DNA of 52,685 nucleotides, counting the filler, from Jimgerdemannia flammicorona (Eukaryota): assembly GCA_003990765.1 (NCBI GenBank). It is 2 parts of 2 records of this genome, joined end to end, with 100 filler letters (N's around TTAATTAATTAA, not from the genome) between each part and the next. Parts side by side here need not be neighbours in the genome. Positions count along the whole stretch, not along the records: positions 1 to 26,294 come from RBNJ01000738.1; positions 26,395 to 52,685 come from RBNJ01000739.1. One strand, written 5' to 3'. Shown here in pieces: positions 13,420-26,446 of this stretch (its first letter is position 1; each line of letters begins with the position of its first letter). The notes under the pieces were generated by a model. That model had not been told where the DNA came from, made no database searches, and saw only the letters and a program-made list of their open reading frames with translations. A program made the position numbers and the translations under genes.

Positions 13420-15250
13420 TATATAATTCTCTATAAGACTTATTTTCTTAGTATATTTCTTAAACTTATATAGGTCTCAGAAGAGCTTTAGTAAGTAAAT
13501 CTGTAATTATATACTTCATAGAAATATATTTTAAGTATATAGTTCTGCTTTCTATATATTTCTTTATACATATAATAGTATTATATATTAATATATTGTA
13601 TTTTGCTATAATGAATAGAGTTCTTTGCTATAGTAATTATAGACTAATTATTCTAATAAATGAGTATAGAGTCTCTTGATCAAATCTGAGTTTCTTTAAT
13701 AGCTAGTATAGTCAAATGGCTTCTTTGACTACTATAAATAGTATATAATACTCTACTTATATAGATAATATTACTACTGAACTCTACTTATAAAACAACT
13801 TCTTTGTAATTTAATTAGAAGAAGTATCTAGTTGTAGATCAGTGATTATCTAAGTCTCTAGTCCAATTAGTATTATATATATCAGATAGTTGTATGCTCT
13901 TCTTATTATTTTTATTATTATTATTATTACTCTTACTCAATCTACTGAGAGTAAGTATATAGTACACCATCCTTTTAATATATCTAAAAATCCTCTTAAT
14001 AGAACTCTAATATAAATTATTATTACTTAATAAGTACTATATAATCTTATTTATAGTATAAAAAATGACATACCTTATTTCTAGTATAAGATATATATAT
14101 AAGAGAACTGACTGCTTATTAATAGAGAAATTAGTCTAGTTTTTATCATTATCAGCCTTGAGTATAATATCAGACTTTCTTAATTTTACCAAAGTTTCTA
14201 TAAAGATGTTTACTGACTTATATTTACTCATATTAAAATATTTGAGAATAGTGTGAGTATAAGTTAACTATAAGAGGTATACAGTATATAACCTCCTATC
14301 ATATATAATGGATATCCCTAAAAGAAAGAATGTATTACCTATATTAGTTATCTTTAATTTCTTATATAGGACTTCTTTGACTCAGTTAAGCTTGTCTTAT
14401 ATATAATGATCATAATATCATGCCCTCATATATTTATAAATGAAATTCAATTAGAATAATATTAAATATATATATATAGTTATCTGTTTTATAGTATATA
14501 AAGTCATTGTTAAGAAGATATATATTGATTTTTCTATTTCACAAATGAGCTATCTACTTAATACTATATAATTCTTTATATAATTTATATATGAGATCAT
14601 TGTTCTAACTATTATATAGTTCAAATTCTTATAGTTAGTAAATATATAGCTCTGTATCTATATTATTATTGAAAAAGACTATCTTTATATCTATCTGATG
14701 GATTTCCAGATTATATATATATATAGTACTAATTATAAGAAGTATTCTTAGTAAAATAATCTTAAATACTGGTAAAAATATCTCATCATAGTCTATATTA
14801 TAATATTGTAAATTATTCTTAGCAATAAAATAATCTTTATACCATTTTATACTTCTATAATTACTCTTATACTTAATTATATAGACTCACTATAATCTTA
14901 TAGCTTATTAATTAATTAGAAAAGATATCAGATCCTATATACTATTCTTAATAAGTGAATTAAACTCTTTATCTATGGCTTGCTTCTATATCTTATTATT
15001 AAAAGAAGTTATAGCTTTGTTATATATACTTGACTCACTAAAAGTTATAATAAATATATATCATATATCTCAGTATAGCTCATATAGTCCTTATATTAAG
15101 AGATCTTTAGTATATCTCAATAATTTTCTAAATTAGAATAAGTCTTATTCCTAAGCTTACTCTCTGACTTTTTCTTTCCTTTAATGGACTCTTCATCATC
15201 AGAAGTCTTGCTATCCTTATTCTCTATTATTCTTAGCTCAGATAACTCTG
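13420..15250 (-). pseudogene. Ty1/Copia RT-RNase H remnant, heavily mutated
   Basis: NIDYDEIFLPV (from GIDYDETFSPV, ~14770-14800), HQIDIKIVF (from HQMDVKTAF, ~14675-14700), KITNIGNTFFLLGISIIYDR, VEYYILFIVVKEAI*L (from AEY.A...AKEAIWL, ~13710-13760), DLLTKAL (~13485-13503). Boundaries approximate. Confidence 0.9.
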
Positions 15251-15254
15251 ATTT

Positions 15255-18200
15255 ATATATATAGTAGTTGAAATTAATTTTGCTATATTTGTAATATATA
15301 ACTATAATGTGGATGTTAAAGTAGAGGTCAGGATAGATAAATCTATCTAAATCTCCTCATTATATTCTTTTTTGTCAAATTATATATCTTGTAAGATTAC
15401 TATATAATATTTATATAGATTCCAGAGTTGATATGTCTTACTAGAATACTCAAGAAACATATGCTTATTTATAAGAGGCAGGGGTGCTGTGGCCTAGTTG
15501 ATAATAGTATTTCAAATATTAGCATAAATGCAATTGTAGACTTTAGTAATTATAGCTGAGTATATATATGAGAGTTGTAATTTATTGTTTTAGTTTATTA
15601 TAGTTCTCTGTTTTGACATACTATATGTTTAGTATATATACTTCTGATCTTGATTATTAAGGTTCTATTTTTATATATATTATATTTTATGACTTTTAGT
15701 TGACTCAGCTTCATGATCTGTAACTTTAGTTATACTTAGCTTTATGATCTTACATATGATTTCTGAATTTATTCTGAGGGTGAGGTGTGGATTCAGTGGC
15801 TTGAAGGTTATATACTTACAACTCTTCTCTTCTTAGTATTTAATATCCTCATTGAGTTCTTCTAATTTAGTCTAATATTATTACATCAATTAAATGGTCA
15901 AAAGTTTAGTAATATCCTTTTTTTCTCAGAAACTAATATACTTATCATTCAGTTATCTAATATATTGAATTTACATATTAAAGGTCATTTTAATGCTATA
16001 TACTAGAAGTGATTCTGATGTTATTTACTACTGGAGAATTTTCTATAAGAAATCTTCTTAAATATCTATACTTCATTTTTCCCTAGTATATAATATAAAG
16101 AGAATATGCTATCTTTCAGTTTTGCTATTTTTCTAGAGAGTTGGTATTTCTTTTATCTTAATTTACTAAGAGTGTAGCTGAGTTTTCATTTTTATTTATA
16201 ATATTTATAAAGATGCTTTTAACATTATTCAGGAGAAATAATATATATATAGTATAGTAATAATAGATATTAGAGTATTTTAACTAGTTGTTTGAAGAAT
16301 TAAATTCTTGAACTAAATCAGTAGTATTCTGGAGGTTTGTTCTGGGTTCCTATATAGCATCATAGATTGAATAGCCTTTTTATTTGATAAGGTATTCTAA
16401 GTAATTCTTGTGGTCACATTTGTTGAGAATTTGTTCAACTTCATATTTCTTATAGTCATTAACAGTAATAGGTACTGGTGGTTTTATAGTTTAATTTGGA
16501 AATAGTTTGTCATCATTTTCACTATATTATTTGAGATATTAAACATTGAAGATTAGGTGAATCTTGATGATATCTGGTAGGGCTAGTTCATAGGATATTA
16601 GAGAAACTTGCACAATAACTTCAAATGGTCTAATAAACTTATTATATAACTTTGTAGAATGTCTATGCTTGAGATTATCAACTCAGTATCCTCAGATATC
16701 TAGTAGATCTTTTTCACTGATATTAAATATTTCTTCTTAATAGTGTTAGTTGATATATTGAGATTGTTGGTTTTGAGCTTAAGATAGGTTTTCAATTGCT
16801 ATTTAGCTTAAGTTATGTATTCAGAGTAAGAATTCTTCAATAACTTCAATAGTGGAGAGTTTATCTATAATTCTTATAAGAGTTAGAGGAGTGTTTGAAT
16901 TTTGTTCTATAATGGGATCATTTTAAGAGAAGCTTGTTTGCTTTTATTATTAGCAAACTTAATTCCAGTAAGATATTTATACTAATTATCTTATCTATAG
17001 AAAACATAGTTCCTTAGTATTTGCTTTAGAGTTTGGTTAATTCTTTTAGTTTAGCCATTAGTTTTAGAGTAAAAGACTGTAGATAGTACTAGCTTTATTC
17101 TAAGATATGAGTGTAGGGCTTTTCAAAAATAGCTAGTGAATTTCAATTCTTAGTTACTAATAATAATCTTAGGAAGACTATGATAGTAGAAGATAAGAGT
17201 ATAGTAATTTCAGATACTATTATAGTTGTAGAGATAGGTACAAAGTGGGTTTATTTGTTAAGATAATCTATAAAGATAATAATTACATTCTTTCTATTCT
17301 TAGTTTAGGATAGTTGTATAGTAAAGTCTATAGAGATTTGTTCTCAATTGACAGATAATACTGGAATAGAGTGAAGTAGTCTAGGTTTTATCAGAGTTAA
17401 GGACTTATTGTATTGGCAGATATCACAAGAAGTGATATAGATCTTTAACTAGTCTGCCAGACAGGGTCAGTAGAAGTTTTGGGAGATAACTTTATAGCAT
17501 TTGTCAAAACCTAGATATCCAGCTATAGAGACATTATGATATTTAAACAGAATAGTCCTTTAGAGGTCTTTGTTATTAGGAATATATAATCTATTCTTGT
17601 AATAGATAGTATTGTCCTTCAATTGGTATTGATAATACTAAGAGTGCTTGTCAATATTATTACTACTCAGAATTTCTTGAAGTGTCTTTATTATTATTAT
17701 ATACTGTGATAATTTATTCCATAATAGAATTAATAATCAAGGTGAGAGTTTGTATAACTTTTTTAATTAGAGGTCTAGAGATTGTATCAGCAACAATATT
17801 TTCTTACTAGAGTAGTATTGAATTTTAAAGTCAAAATAGGTGAGAACTTTTATTCATCTGGCTTGCTTTTGAGAAAGAGTAGTCTGGGTCTTTATATTGA
17901 TCAATAATTTGTAGTCTATTAATATAGTGAAGTATACTTCTTTAAAATATGAATACTATTTGACCAGAGTGTCTACAATGGCTAAAATTTTCTTCTTATA
18001 GATAGTATAGTTACTTTTGATATTATTGAACTTATAAGAATGATAGACCACAGGGTGTTCTTCTTGCATAAGTACTGCTCCAAGAGCTGGATCAGAGATA
18101 TCAGTAGTAACTTTATATAATAGGGCAGAATTTACTACTTAAAGTACTAGAGTGGTTATCAGAATATCTTTTAGAGCTTAAAAGGTTATATCTTATTCAG

Positions 18201-20880
18201 GTCTCTATTTAACAAAGTTGTTGAAGTCTTTTTCTTGCTTTGTGGTCCAGGGTTGGTTTTCTTTTTTACTATACTTAGTCAATTAAGTAAGAGTATTAGT
18301 AATCTTAGCAAAGTTCATAATGAATTACTTTTAATAGTTTGCTAATTCTTGAAATAACAGAAGGTCTTTTAGCATTTTAGATCTGAGCCATTCCTTAATT
18401 ATAGATATTTTTCTGGGATCTACTTTGATTCTATTTAAAGTAATAATATATGTACTAAAGAAATTGAATTCCTTTAGAAGAAATTCACATTTGCTGAGCT
18501 TTACAAAGAGTTGGTTTTTTTTTCAGAGTTTCAGTAGTACTAGTTCAAAATGTTCAAGATATTTCTTAAGGGTTTTACTGAAGATCAGAATGTCATCAAT
18601 GTAGATAATAATAAATTTATCTGGATATGAATATAGAATAGTATTCATCAGAGTCTGAAAGATTGTGAAAGTATTAGTTAAACCAAAAGACATAACTAAG
18701 AACTCAAAATATCCATAGTGAGTTCAGAAGGCAGTTTTGTAGATATCTTCTTCTTTTATAATAATTTGTTAGTAATCATTTCATAGGTCAAAAGAGCTCA
18801 TAATTTATAGATTGATAAGCCTATTAAAGATTTCATAAATTCAGAGTAGTAGGCAATAGTTCTTGATAGTCAATTCATAGAGATCTCAGTAATCAATATA
18901 TATCTAGAGATCTCCTAATAAAGAGAACTAGTGTACTATATAGTAATATACTAGGTCTAATGAATTCTTGTTTTAGGAGTTTATCAATCTCTTTCTTGAG
19001 TATATCAATTTCTCTAGGAGACATATAGTAGATTGACTTAAAGGTTGGCTTGGTATCTAAAATAGTCTTGATTGTATAGTCAACTACTTATTGACTGATA
19101 GATCTTTGGAAAGTTTCTTTGAAAATATATCTTGAAATTTCTGAAGTAGGGGTCTGATATAACTATTAACTTTGAAAAAGTCTTTCCCAAGATTCTCAGA
19201 TTCTCCTTTGGATGAATATATGGAGTACCAAAGAGAGGATATTTCTTCACTAATTTCTTAAGTTGTAGTTTGTTGATATAAGTGATCTTTGGGCCAGAGT
19301 CACTACAGCTAAGTGGATTTCTTTTGTCTTATAGTTTGAAATTGTGGTATTCTTTCTTAATGGTCAAAGAATGATTCACTTAATCTATTATGAGGTTTTC
19401 TTATTTTAATCATAGTGTTCTAAGAATGATCTCATTGTCTGAGAGTAGTATAATTTAGAGAGTAATATATACTCAGTAGTCACTAATTCTAAAAAATAGG
19501 TTACAGACTTTCTTTCTAATAATATGTGAGGTTCAATTAGCAGTAGTAACTACTTGGGCTTATTATACTGGAGAGATCAGGACTTTAAGTCTATTGACTG
19601 TTTCTTTATTGATAAAATTGTCTAAGGTACTGCTGTCTATTATAATCTTAACAGAGGCTCAATTAATAAAAGCTTATAAGATAAGCAGTTTGTCTGATTT
19701 AATGATAGTAATTTCAATTATAAGAGGCTTCCTTCTGTTAGCTCTTCATTAGGCTAACTTATTGATATATGAGAAAAAATCATTGATTATTTAAGAAGAG
19801 TATATTCTAATACCATGAGGGTATCAGCCACTAGATACAAATCTATCTTTAATTTTTCTGTAGAATTATTCCTTCTTATTTGCAGTCAGTTGAGCTGGGG
19901 CTTTATTTGATAAGTCAAATTCTTTAAATTCTCAGATAGTAAATAGTAGTTCAGAGACTTCCTTAACTATCAGGGTCAACTCAATTTTCTTAAATAGGAT
20001 TTGAACAATATAGTAATTAATAGAGATTTTGAATAGTGTCTAACTATGATTCTTAATGAGAATAATGATTTCATCTGTATAATCTTTGTCAATAACTCCT
20101 ACTTCTACTAAGAGTTTTTTTAATACTAGACTGCTGCAATAACATATTCCTCTAACATGTTCTTCAGGAATTTGAATACTGAATTCTGTATAGACTTACT
20201 TAATTTCTCAATTAGAAATAGTAGCTTTTTCAGTTATATATAGATCATAACTAGCTGTCTTTTGGCTTCCTTTAGTAGAGGCCATAGCTGTTATCCTTAA
20301 CTTGAAAAAGTCTAGTGTTTGGTAGTCAGGTTTTTCAGGTGATATACAGTAGTGATAGTTGCTCATATTGTAGTTTGAGATTTTTGATTAGAGTAGATAT
20401 TGGCCATATATTCTCTCTTTTTGTAATAGAAGTATGCTCTACTTCTTTTGAGTTTATTTCTTTCCCCTTCTGTGAGTTTCTTGAAGATACTCAGCTAGGT
20501 AGGTTCAGAATTACAGAGTGTCCAAGAAGTAGATGTAGTAGGAGCTCTGAATGATTCATACTTAAGTTCTTCTTTCTTAATCTACAATTTTTCCTTATTA
20601 GGTCTATGAAATTGTTTTCAAGACAGAATTGGTCTAGCTATTAGAATTTGCTTGACCATAGTTTTGATTCTAATTAGGCACCTTTGTTGGTAATTATAAC
20701 CAACCAGATATTCTTATTCTTAGATCTTTCTTATGAGCCATTTTGGTAGTATATTGAATAAATAGTCTACTTTTATATTATTTTATACTTTGTTATTGGT
20801 AATATATCCTAGGCCAACAGTGTTCAGAAGGGACTCAAGTTTTGAATAGAAGGTTTCAAATTCTTCCTTATTATATATAT
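15255..20880 (-). mobile_element. Chromodomain-bearing Ty3/Gypsy element, family C copy 1 (gag-dUTPase-PR-RT-RH-INT-chromodomain, partial 3' LTR)
   Basis: RT YIDDILI (~18585-18605), RNase H and integrase motifs, chromodomain at 16305-16450, purine tract at 15821-15830, LTR start TGTAAG at 15820. Gag is interrupted at 20880 by family B. The LTR is truncated on the left near the Copia remnant. Confidence 0.92.
16305..16450 (-). pseudogene. Integrase C-terminal chromodomain
   Basis: KYEVEQILNKCDHKNYLEYLIK*KGYSIYDAI*EPRTNLQNTTDLVQEF matches the chromodomain pattern YEVE.I....YL.KWKGY....TWEP..NL. Confidence 0.9.
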
Positions 20881-22396
20881 TGTCACGTAGTGGTCACTGA
20901 GTCCTTCAAATATGCCAGATTCTCTTCAAGGTATATCTCTTAGACTAACTCAAGTTGTTATAAGCAAGTTCTTATTGGAGTGCCTTCCCAAGGTCTTATA
21001 GTCCTCAAACTTCTTATCTTTAACTATCTTGTTATCTCTTAGATTCTTGCAAGGAAGTATATGTAAGTGAAACTGGAACTGACTTTATTTTAGAGAAAAT
21101 AAGAGAGGTATTTATACAAAATATAATTCAATGATTGCTAAGATATAAAGCTAAATATAAATTCCAATAACTAAAACTACTAAGTTCCAGGGTCGGTACT
21201 GATGGTTGTACAGGTTCAGGATGCTGGTATTATTTAGTGTCACATCAAAATGCTAGTGCTAGAACAATTTCGTGTCACCTCAGAATATCAGTGCTGGCAT
21301 TATCCAGTGTAACAAAGAACTTAGAGCAGAAATTTCAGGACCATGGGGGCTTCTTCCTCATCATCTTCATCACTGAAGGAGATGAGGTCTGTGAATTCAT
21401 CATTTTCACATACTTCATTATGTGTCTTGCATATGTTGATGTCACATGGGATGATGTCATCACCAATGATGTCATCACATTCAGCTGTGGTAGGAAAATT
21501 GAGAACAAGATCTGGAGCTCTCCAGTCTATGAGGTTCTCTTCCACAAAATAGGAAACAAATGTGGGGTCTTGGGGAGGTCTAACCTGGATGCTTGGGCCT
21601 TGGAATACTGAGACCAATCCTTGTAGGAATTGGTCTGGGTTGTCCTGAAGGATCAGATACCAGAAGTCTTCTATTTCTTCACTGTTGAGAGTGATAGTGG
21701 ACTGGGCTTCTGTAGCCACCCTGGCTTCTAGTATATTGATACAGTGGGATGATAGGTCTCTGAAGTCTGAGACTCTAACATACTCCAAGTTGGGGATCAA
21801 CCATGGTGCATGCCTGAAGATCTGATGGATCTTCTTAGCTGTTCTTGTTTCGCATATATCCATGGGAGTGGCATCTTGTAGCTCTTGGGTGCTGGCCTGT
21901 GGGAACTCCCAGTAGAGGAGGTTTCCTATTTTGTACTCCTGCCACATTTAGAGGCATTCAGTAGCAATGGTGATCCTTGTTTCCATTTCACGGCAGTAGA
22001 GAATGAAGTGATAAGAGTCTGCAGTACTCAGGTTGACACTAGGAGTCCTTCTTGAGTGGGTCCTCATGGCTCTTCTGATGTCTTAGAACATCCTTTCCTT
22101 GACCGAGATACCTTGGTGATTCCTTGACCTTGAGGTTTGGCAGGCAGCAGACATTTTGTTTATGGTAAGTCTTTGAGCTATTTTGGGATTGGTGGTTCTT
22201 GTTGGTTGCTGCTACTGCAGTTCCTTGATCCTTCTTTTATATTCTTCAGGATGCTTGTGCTATGGTCACAATGACTCACAGTTGGTCATCATTGCTCATC
22301 TTGTATGCTGTATAATCTTCTTGTACTCTGATCTGGTGGCTTGCAAGGAAAGGCTGTCTCCTGTGCTGATGTTATTATTCTGGGGTCACTATTACA
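20881..22396 (-). repeat. Family B 3' LTR (~1.5 kb) containing a U3 ORF
   Basis: Minus strand begins TGTAAT right after the purine tract AGGAGGAAGA (22397-22406) and ends GTGACA at 20881. TATAAATA at 21109-21116, AATAAA at 21084-21089. Matches 49117-50583. The 5' boundary rests on the purine tract only. Confidence 0.75.
21321..22154 (-). pseudogene. Family B LTR-encoded ORF (~277 aa, unknown function, acidic C-terminus)
   Basis: One frame from MSAACQTSRS (aacaaaATG at 22154) through the 208-aa ORF 21321..21947. Its two internal TAA codons are CAA in the second copy (~50305 and ~50170). Confidence 0.8.
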
Positions 22397-25300
22397 TCTT
22401 CCTCCTGAATAAGGATCTTCCTGAGCATCCTTATTCATTGATCCAGTCCTGAAAAATTTGCTGATCTCATAACCTCTGACAAGGGGTTGAAAAGTGGTAT
22501 TTATGGACTGGCATCTTCCCTTTGTATTTTGGCATGATGGTGAAGAGTCACTCCCTTCATATAGAGCAAGGGCCTGATTCTGATCTTGACCAATCAGTTG
22601 ACAGTTTGAACTCCTCTGACTTCGAAAGTCTCATAGATGAGTAGTTGCCAGTACTGTATCCCTTGGAGAATGGTCCAGACAGATAGCCTGCTGGTCATGG
22701 GATATGCTGTTACAATTCGCGGACTAGAACCTCATGGGCAGTCATCACGTTTTTCTTCTCTTGTATAGGTTCGTGGTACTTCTTGAGTCTGTTCCTATAT
22801 ACCATAGTAGGCAGTATGGTCTCTGAGATTTTTCTAAGCCAGAAGGTAGTTCTCTTGATATCTTATACATAGAAGGGTCCTTTCTATTTGGGCTCCAGTT
22901 TTTACGACCATGAGACTTCTACCATATTTCGATACAGTAGAACCTTTTCTCCAATTCAGATGGGTTCTAGGGCCTTGTGATTCTTTTCCACATTCTTCCT
23001 TATCAGCACTTGTGACTTGGTGATGTAATCTTCAGCCTTCTTCCTGATTTGGTGTAGTCTCCGGATTTCTGCATCAACCCATCTCCAAGTTAGGTCTAGA
23101 TTTGTGGCTGAGGTTCTAGCAGAATCTTCTTCTCTGAAGAGCAGCTCTCTTGAGGTAAAATGTGTGCTCTGTGACCATATGTCTCGTAGAACAGAGAGGG
23201 CAGTTGAGAGATAGTTATTCCAATTCTCATATAGCTCTGAGATCTTCACTAGGATGTTCTTGAAGGTCTTGTTGGTTCTCTCTATCTGTCCATTTCCTTG
23301 AGGGTGGTATGCAGTGGTCTTGATATGCTGGATCTTGTATTTCTGATATATTATCTTGTGGAATCTATTGACAAATTCTGTACTGCAGTCTGTTGTGATT
23401 TGCTTTGGTGTCTTGTAGCGGCAGACGATTTCTCAGTATAGGAAGTCAGCTATAGAGAGGGCATTGGCTTCTTGTAATACTCCTGCCTCTATCCATTTGG
23501 TGAAGAGATCTACAATAATTATAATATAGCAGTTTTCTGATAGTGTTACTGGTAGTGGTCCAATGATATTCATTGCGATGTGGTGGAAGGGAATAGGCTC
23601 AATTCTTGATGATCCGGGTGCCTGGTCTTGCTGATCTTATTTCTGTTTTTGGCACTTATCACACCCTTTGACAAATTGGTGCAGGTCTTCTTCCATCTTG
23701 GGCCACCACATGGTTCTTCTTGCCTTGTCATATATGTTGGTTCCTCCTAAGTGTCCTTGCTCATGTAATTCCTTCATTACTTGATACTTCTTGTGTTCAG
23801 ATATTACTAGCTTTCCTCCTTTTCTGAGTATAGTGTTGTCTAATTCAAACTGTTTCCAAGTCCAGTTGATGATGGTGATTATCCAGGGTTTGAGGTGGTT
23901 GGGCATCTTCTGCTACCTAAGATAGCTGATTAATCCATAGTATAGCTTCTTATTCATATTGAGTAGTCTTGATGGGGGTGTTTCGGGGTGTTCTTGAGAG
24001 TGCATCGGCATTGGTGTTGGTCTTTCCTGAGTGGTGCTTGACAGTACAGTCATACTCTTGCAGCCTGTAGATCCATCTGGCATATATTCCTTTAGGGTTC
24101 AGAGTGTGGAATAGCCAGGCAAGAGCAGAATGGTCTGTTTGAATAGTGAAGTATTTCCCAGCTAGGTAGTAGTGGAACTTGTCTACTGCCCAAACTACCA
24201 CTAAGCATTCAAGCTTGCATGACTCATAGTTCTGTTCTGCTCCATGGGTACCTCAGCTTACATAGGAGATGACATATTCATGTCCATCTTTCTTCTGAGC
24301 TAGGACTGCTCCAAGTCCTATAGTACTTACATCTGTCTGCAGGATGAATTCTAGGTTCCAGTCTGGTCTTCTGAGGATGGGTGCTTGGGTCAACCTGGTC
24401 TTGAGTTTATTGAAGGTTTCTTGGTACTCCTTGGTCTATTCGAATTTAGTCTCCTTCTTCAGTAGCTCATAGATAGGTGCTGTAATGTTGGAGTATCCTT
24501 TGATGAATCTTCTGTAGTAGCTGGTCAGTCCAAGGAAGGCATGGACTTCTGTAGTTGTTCTGGGTCTTGGGTAGGCTATAACAGCCTCGATCTTTATGGG
24601 TCTGTGTGGATTCCGGTCTGGTTGATGAGGTGTCCTAGGTAGGCAATTTCTTGAGCTGCAAACTTATATTTCTTGGGCTTGATATAGAGGTCATGCTCCT
24701 TGAGCCTCTTGAGGGCTAGCTGTATGTGATTGATATGTTCCTGTGTGGTATTACTGAAGATGAACACATCATCAACATAGACAAAGAGCCATTTTCCAAT
24801 CTCATTGCTGAAGACTCTATTTATCATTCGCTGGAAACTTGCTGGGGCATTGCACATTCCAAATGACATTCGCAGATAGATATAGGTAGTATCAGGTGTG
24901 ATGAAGGCTGATTTCTCACTAGCATCCTTGAGTGAGACTGATCTGATGAAAACCTGAGAACAGATCTAAGGTGGTGTAGTATTTGGCTTTACTTCCAAGG
25001 GTGGTAAGGATTTCTTGAATATTTGGCAAGAGCTGCCTATCCTTCTTGGTGATGGCATTGAGTTTCCTATAGTCAATACAGAGTCTTAGTGCAAACTCTC
25101 CAGGCTTGCTTCCTTTCTTTGAGGCTAGGACAATGGGTGAGGCCCAGGGGCTGATAGCTTGCTTGATGATTCTGGCTTCTTCCATTTCCTTGAGTTTGGC
25201 TTACAGCCACTCTCTGTAGGCAGGTGGTATGGGTCTGGCTTTCTGGTAGATAGGCTTGGTATCACCAGTGTCAACTTCATGGTAGTACTTGGGTTCTTGA

Positions 25301-26294
25301 TTGTAGATATCCCTAAAGTCTGTAGCAAGTACTCCTTCATTCTGGTACAGGATCTTAAGAAGTTGTTCCTCCAGGGGAAAGTTTTCTCCAATGGTATATG
25401 TGTGCTTATTCTGGTTCTTGTCTTTCTTGTGCTCAAGTTTGATAATCTTGGTAGTGGCATAGACTCTTCTTCCAGTAGATCCAAAGCCTTATTCTCCTCT
25501 CTTGGTCTTGATAAGTTCAATGGCTTCTATGATCTTGGGCTTCTTGATTTCGTGGATCAGCATCTGGCCAATCCTATCATGCTTCTTGACTTCGAAGGGG
25601 GTGGTGTGGTTGTGATTTCTAACTATGAGAAAAATCTCGCCAGTATAATCAGGGTCAATTACTCCTCCTTCAACTGAGATTTCACTTTTGGCCAGACAGC
25701 TCCTGGTCTTGATAATTCTGGCATGGTTTTCTGGCAACTTGACTCCAATTCCAGTGCCAAGTAGGGTGGTGGTCTGTGGTTTGAGGGAAGCATCTTGAAT
25801 GCTGGCAAGGTCCATTCCTATGGCTCCTTCAGTCTTATATTCTGGGATCTTGGCTTCAGGGTGAAACTTCTTGACCTTGAGGGTGATGTCTGATTCTTGT
25901 TCCTCCTCATCGTCACTGTCAGCTTGAAGCTCTGGGGGCTGGTCATCTTCTTTGGCTTTCCTTTTTGCTTCAGTGGCTTCTTGCTCATGTTTCTGTTGGC
26001 GGATTTTCCTGACTTCACTGATACAGGACCAGCAGTCATTCAGGTGTTTGGAGCAGTACATTCTAGTACCATGGAGGCATCTTCCTTGAGGGGTATACCC
26101 ATCAATGATCTTGTTATACCACTGCTCATCTGTGAGCTTAGGTATCTTGTTCTTGTTCTTGTTCACCGAGTGCATGAAGACCTCTGTGTCTTCTTCATCT
26201 CCTTCCTCCATGTCTGGTAGGACTCCTTTGTGGACATTGATAGAGACTTGTACCTTTCTTCCTCTGTAGTTGATCTGCATCTTCTGGGCATTGA

Positions 26295-26394
26295 NNNNNN
26301 NNNNNNNNNNNNNNNNNNNNNNNNNNNNNNNNNNNNNNTTAATTAATTAANNNNNNNNNNNNNNNNNNNNNNNNNNNNNNNNNNNNNNNNNNNN
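26295..26394. other. Assembly gap with an artificial all-frame stop linker
   Basis: N-run, TTAATTAATTAA (26339-26350), N-run. Adjacency across it is not guaranteed. Confidence 0.9.
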
Positions 26395-26430
<36 letters not shown>

Positions 26431-26431
<1 letters not shown>

Positions 26432-26443
26432 CCACTGCTACCA
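26431..26443 (-). promoter_or_regulatory. Primer-binding site (tRNA-iMet type)
   Basis: TGGTAGCAGTGGT 3 nt after the LTR end CTTACA. Complementary to a tRNA ending ...CTGCTACCA. Same sequence at 33589-33601 and a variant at ~40001-40013. Confidence 0.8.
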
Positions 26444-26446
26444 AGT

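Larger units (their letters stand above)
20881..26294 (-). mobile_element. Ty3/Gypsy family B (end of protease, Cys/His domain, dUTPase, RT, RH, INT, long 3' LTR); 5' part lost in the gap
   Basis: dUTPase at ~25470-25881 (AIGMDL, RSCLA, GGVIDPDYTGEI, RIGQM, GFGST). RT YVDDVFI, RNase H LQTDVST, integrase H..GH...CDKC and KGPFYV. No chromodomain seen. Inserted into the family C gag. Confidence 0.95.

Noticed and set aside
14180..14230. KHLYRNF motif suggesting a MULE transposase
   Set aside because: An adjacent frame gives a long, coherent Copia RT alignment.
26339..26350. TTAATTAATTAA palindrome
   Set aside because: Embedded in N-runs; an artificial all-frame stop linker.
26395..26426. Poly(A) run beside the PBS as a retroposed tail
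   Set aside because: It abuts the gap, so a contig-end artefact cannot be told apart from a LINE tail.
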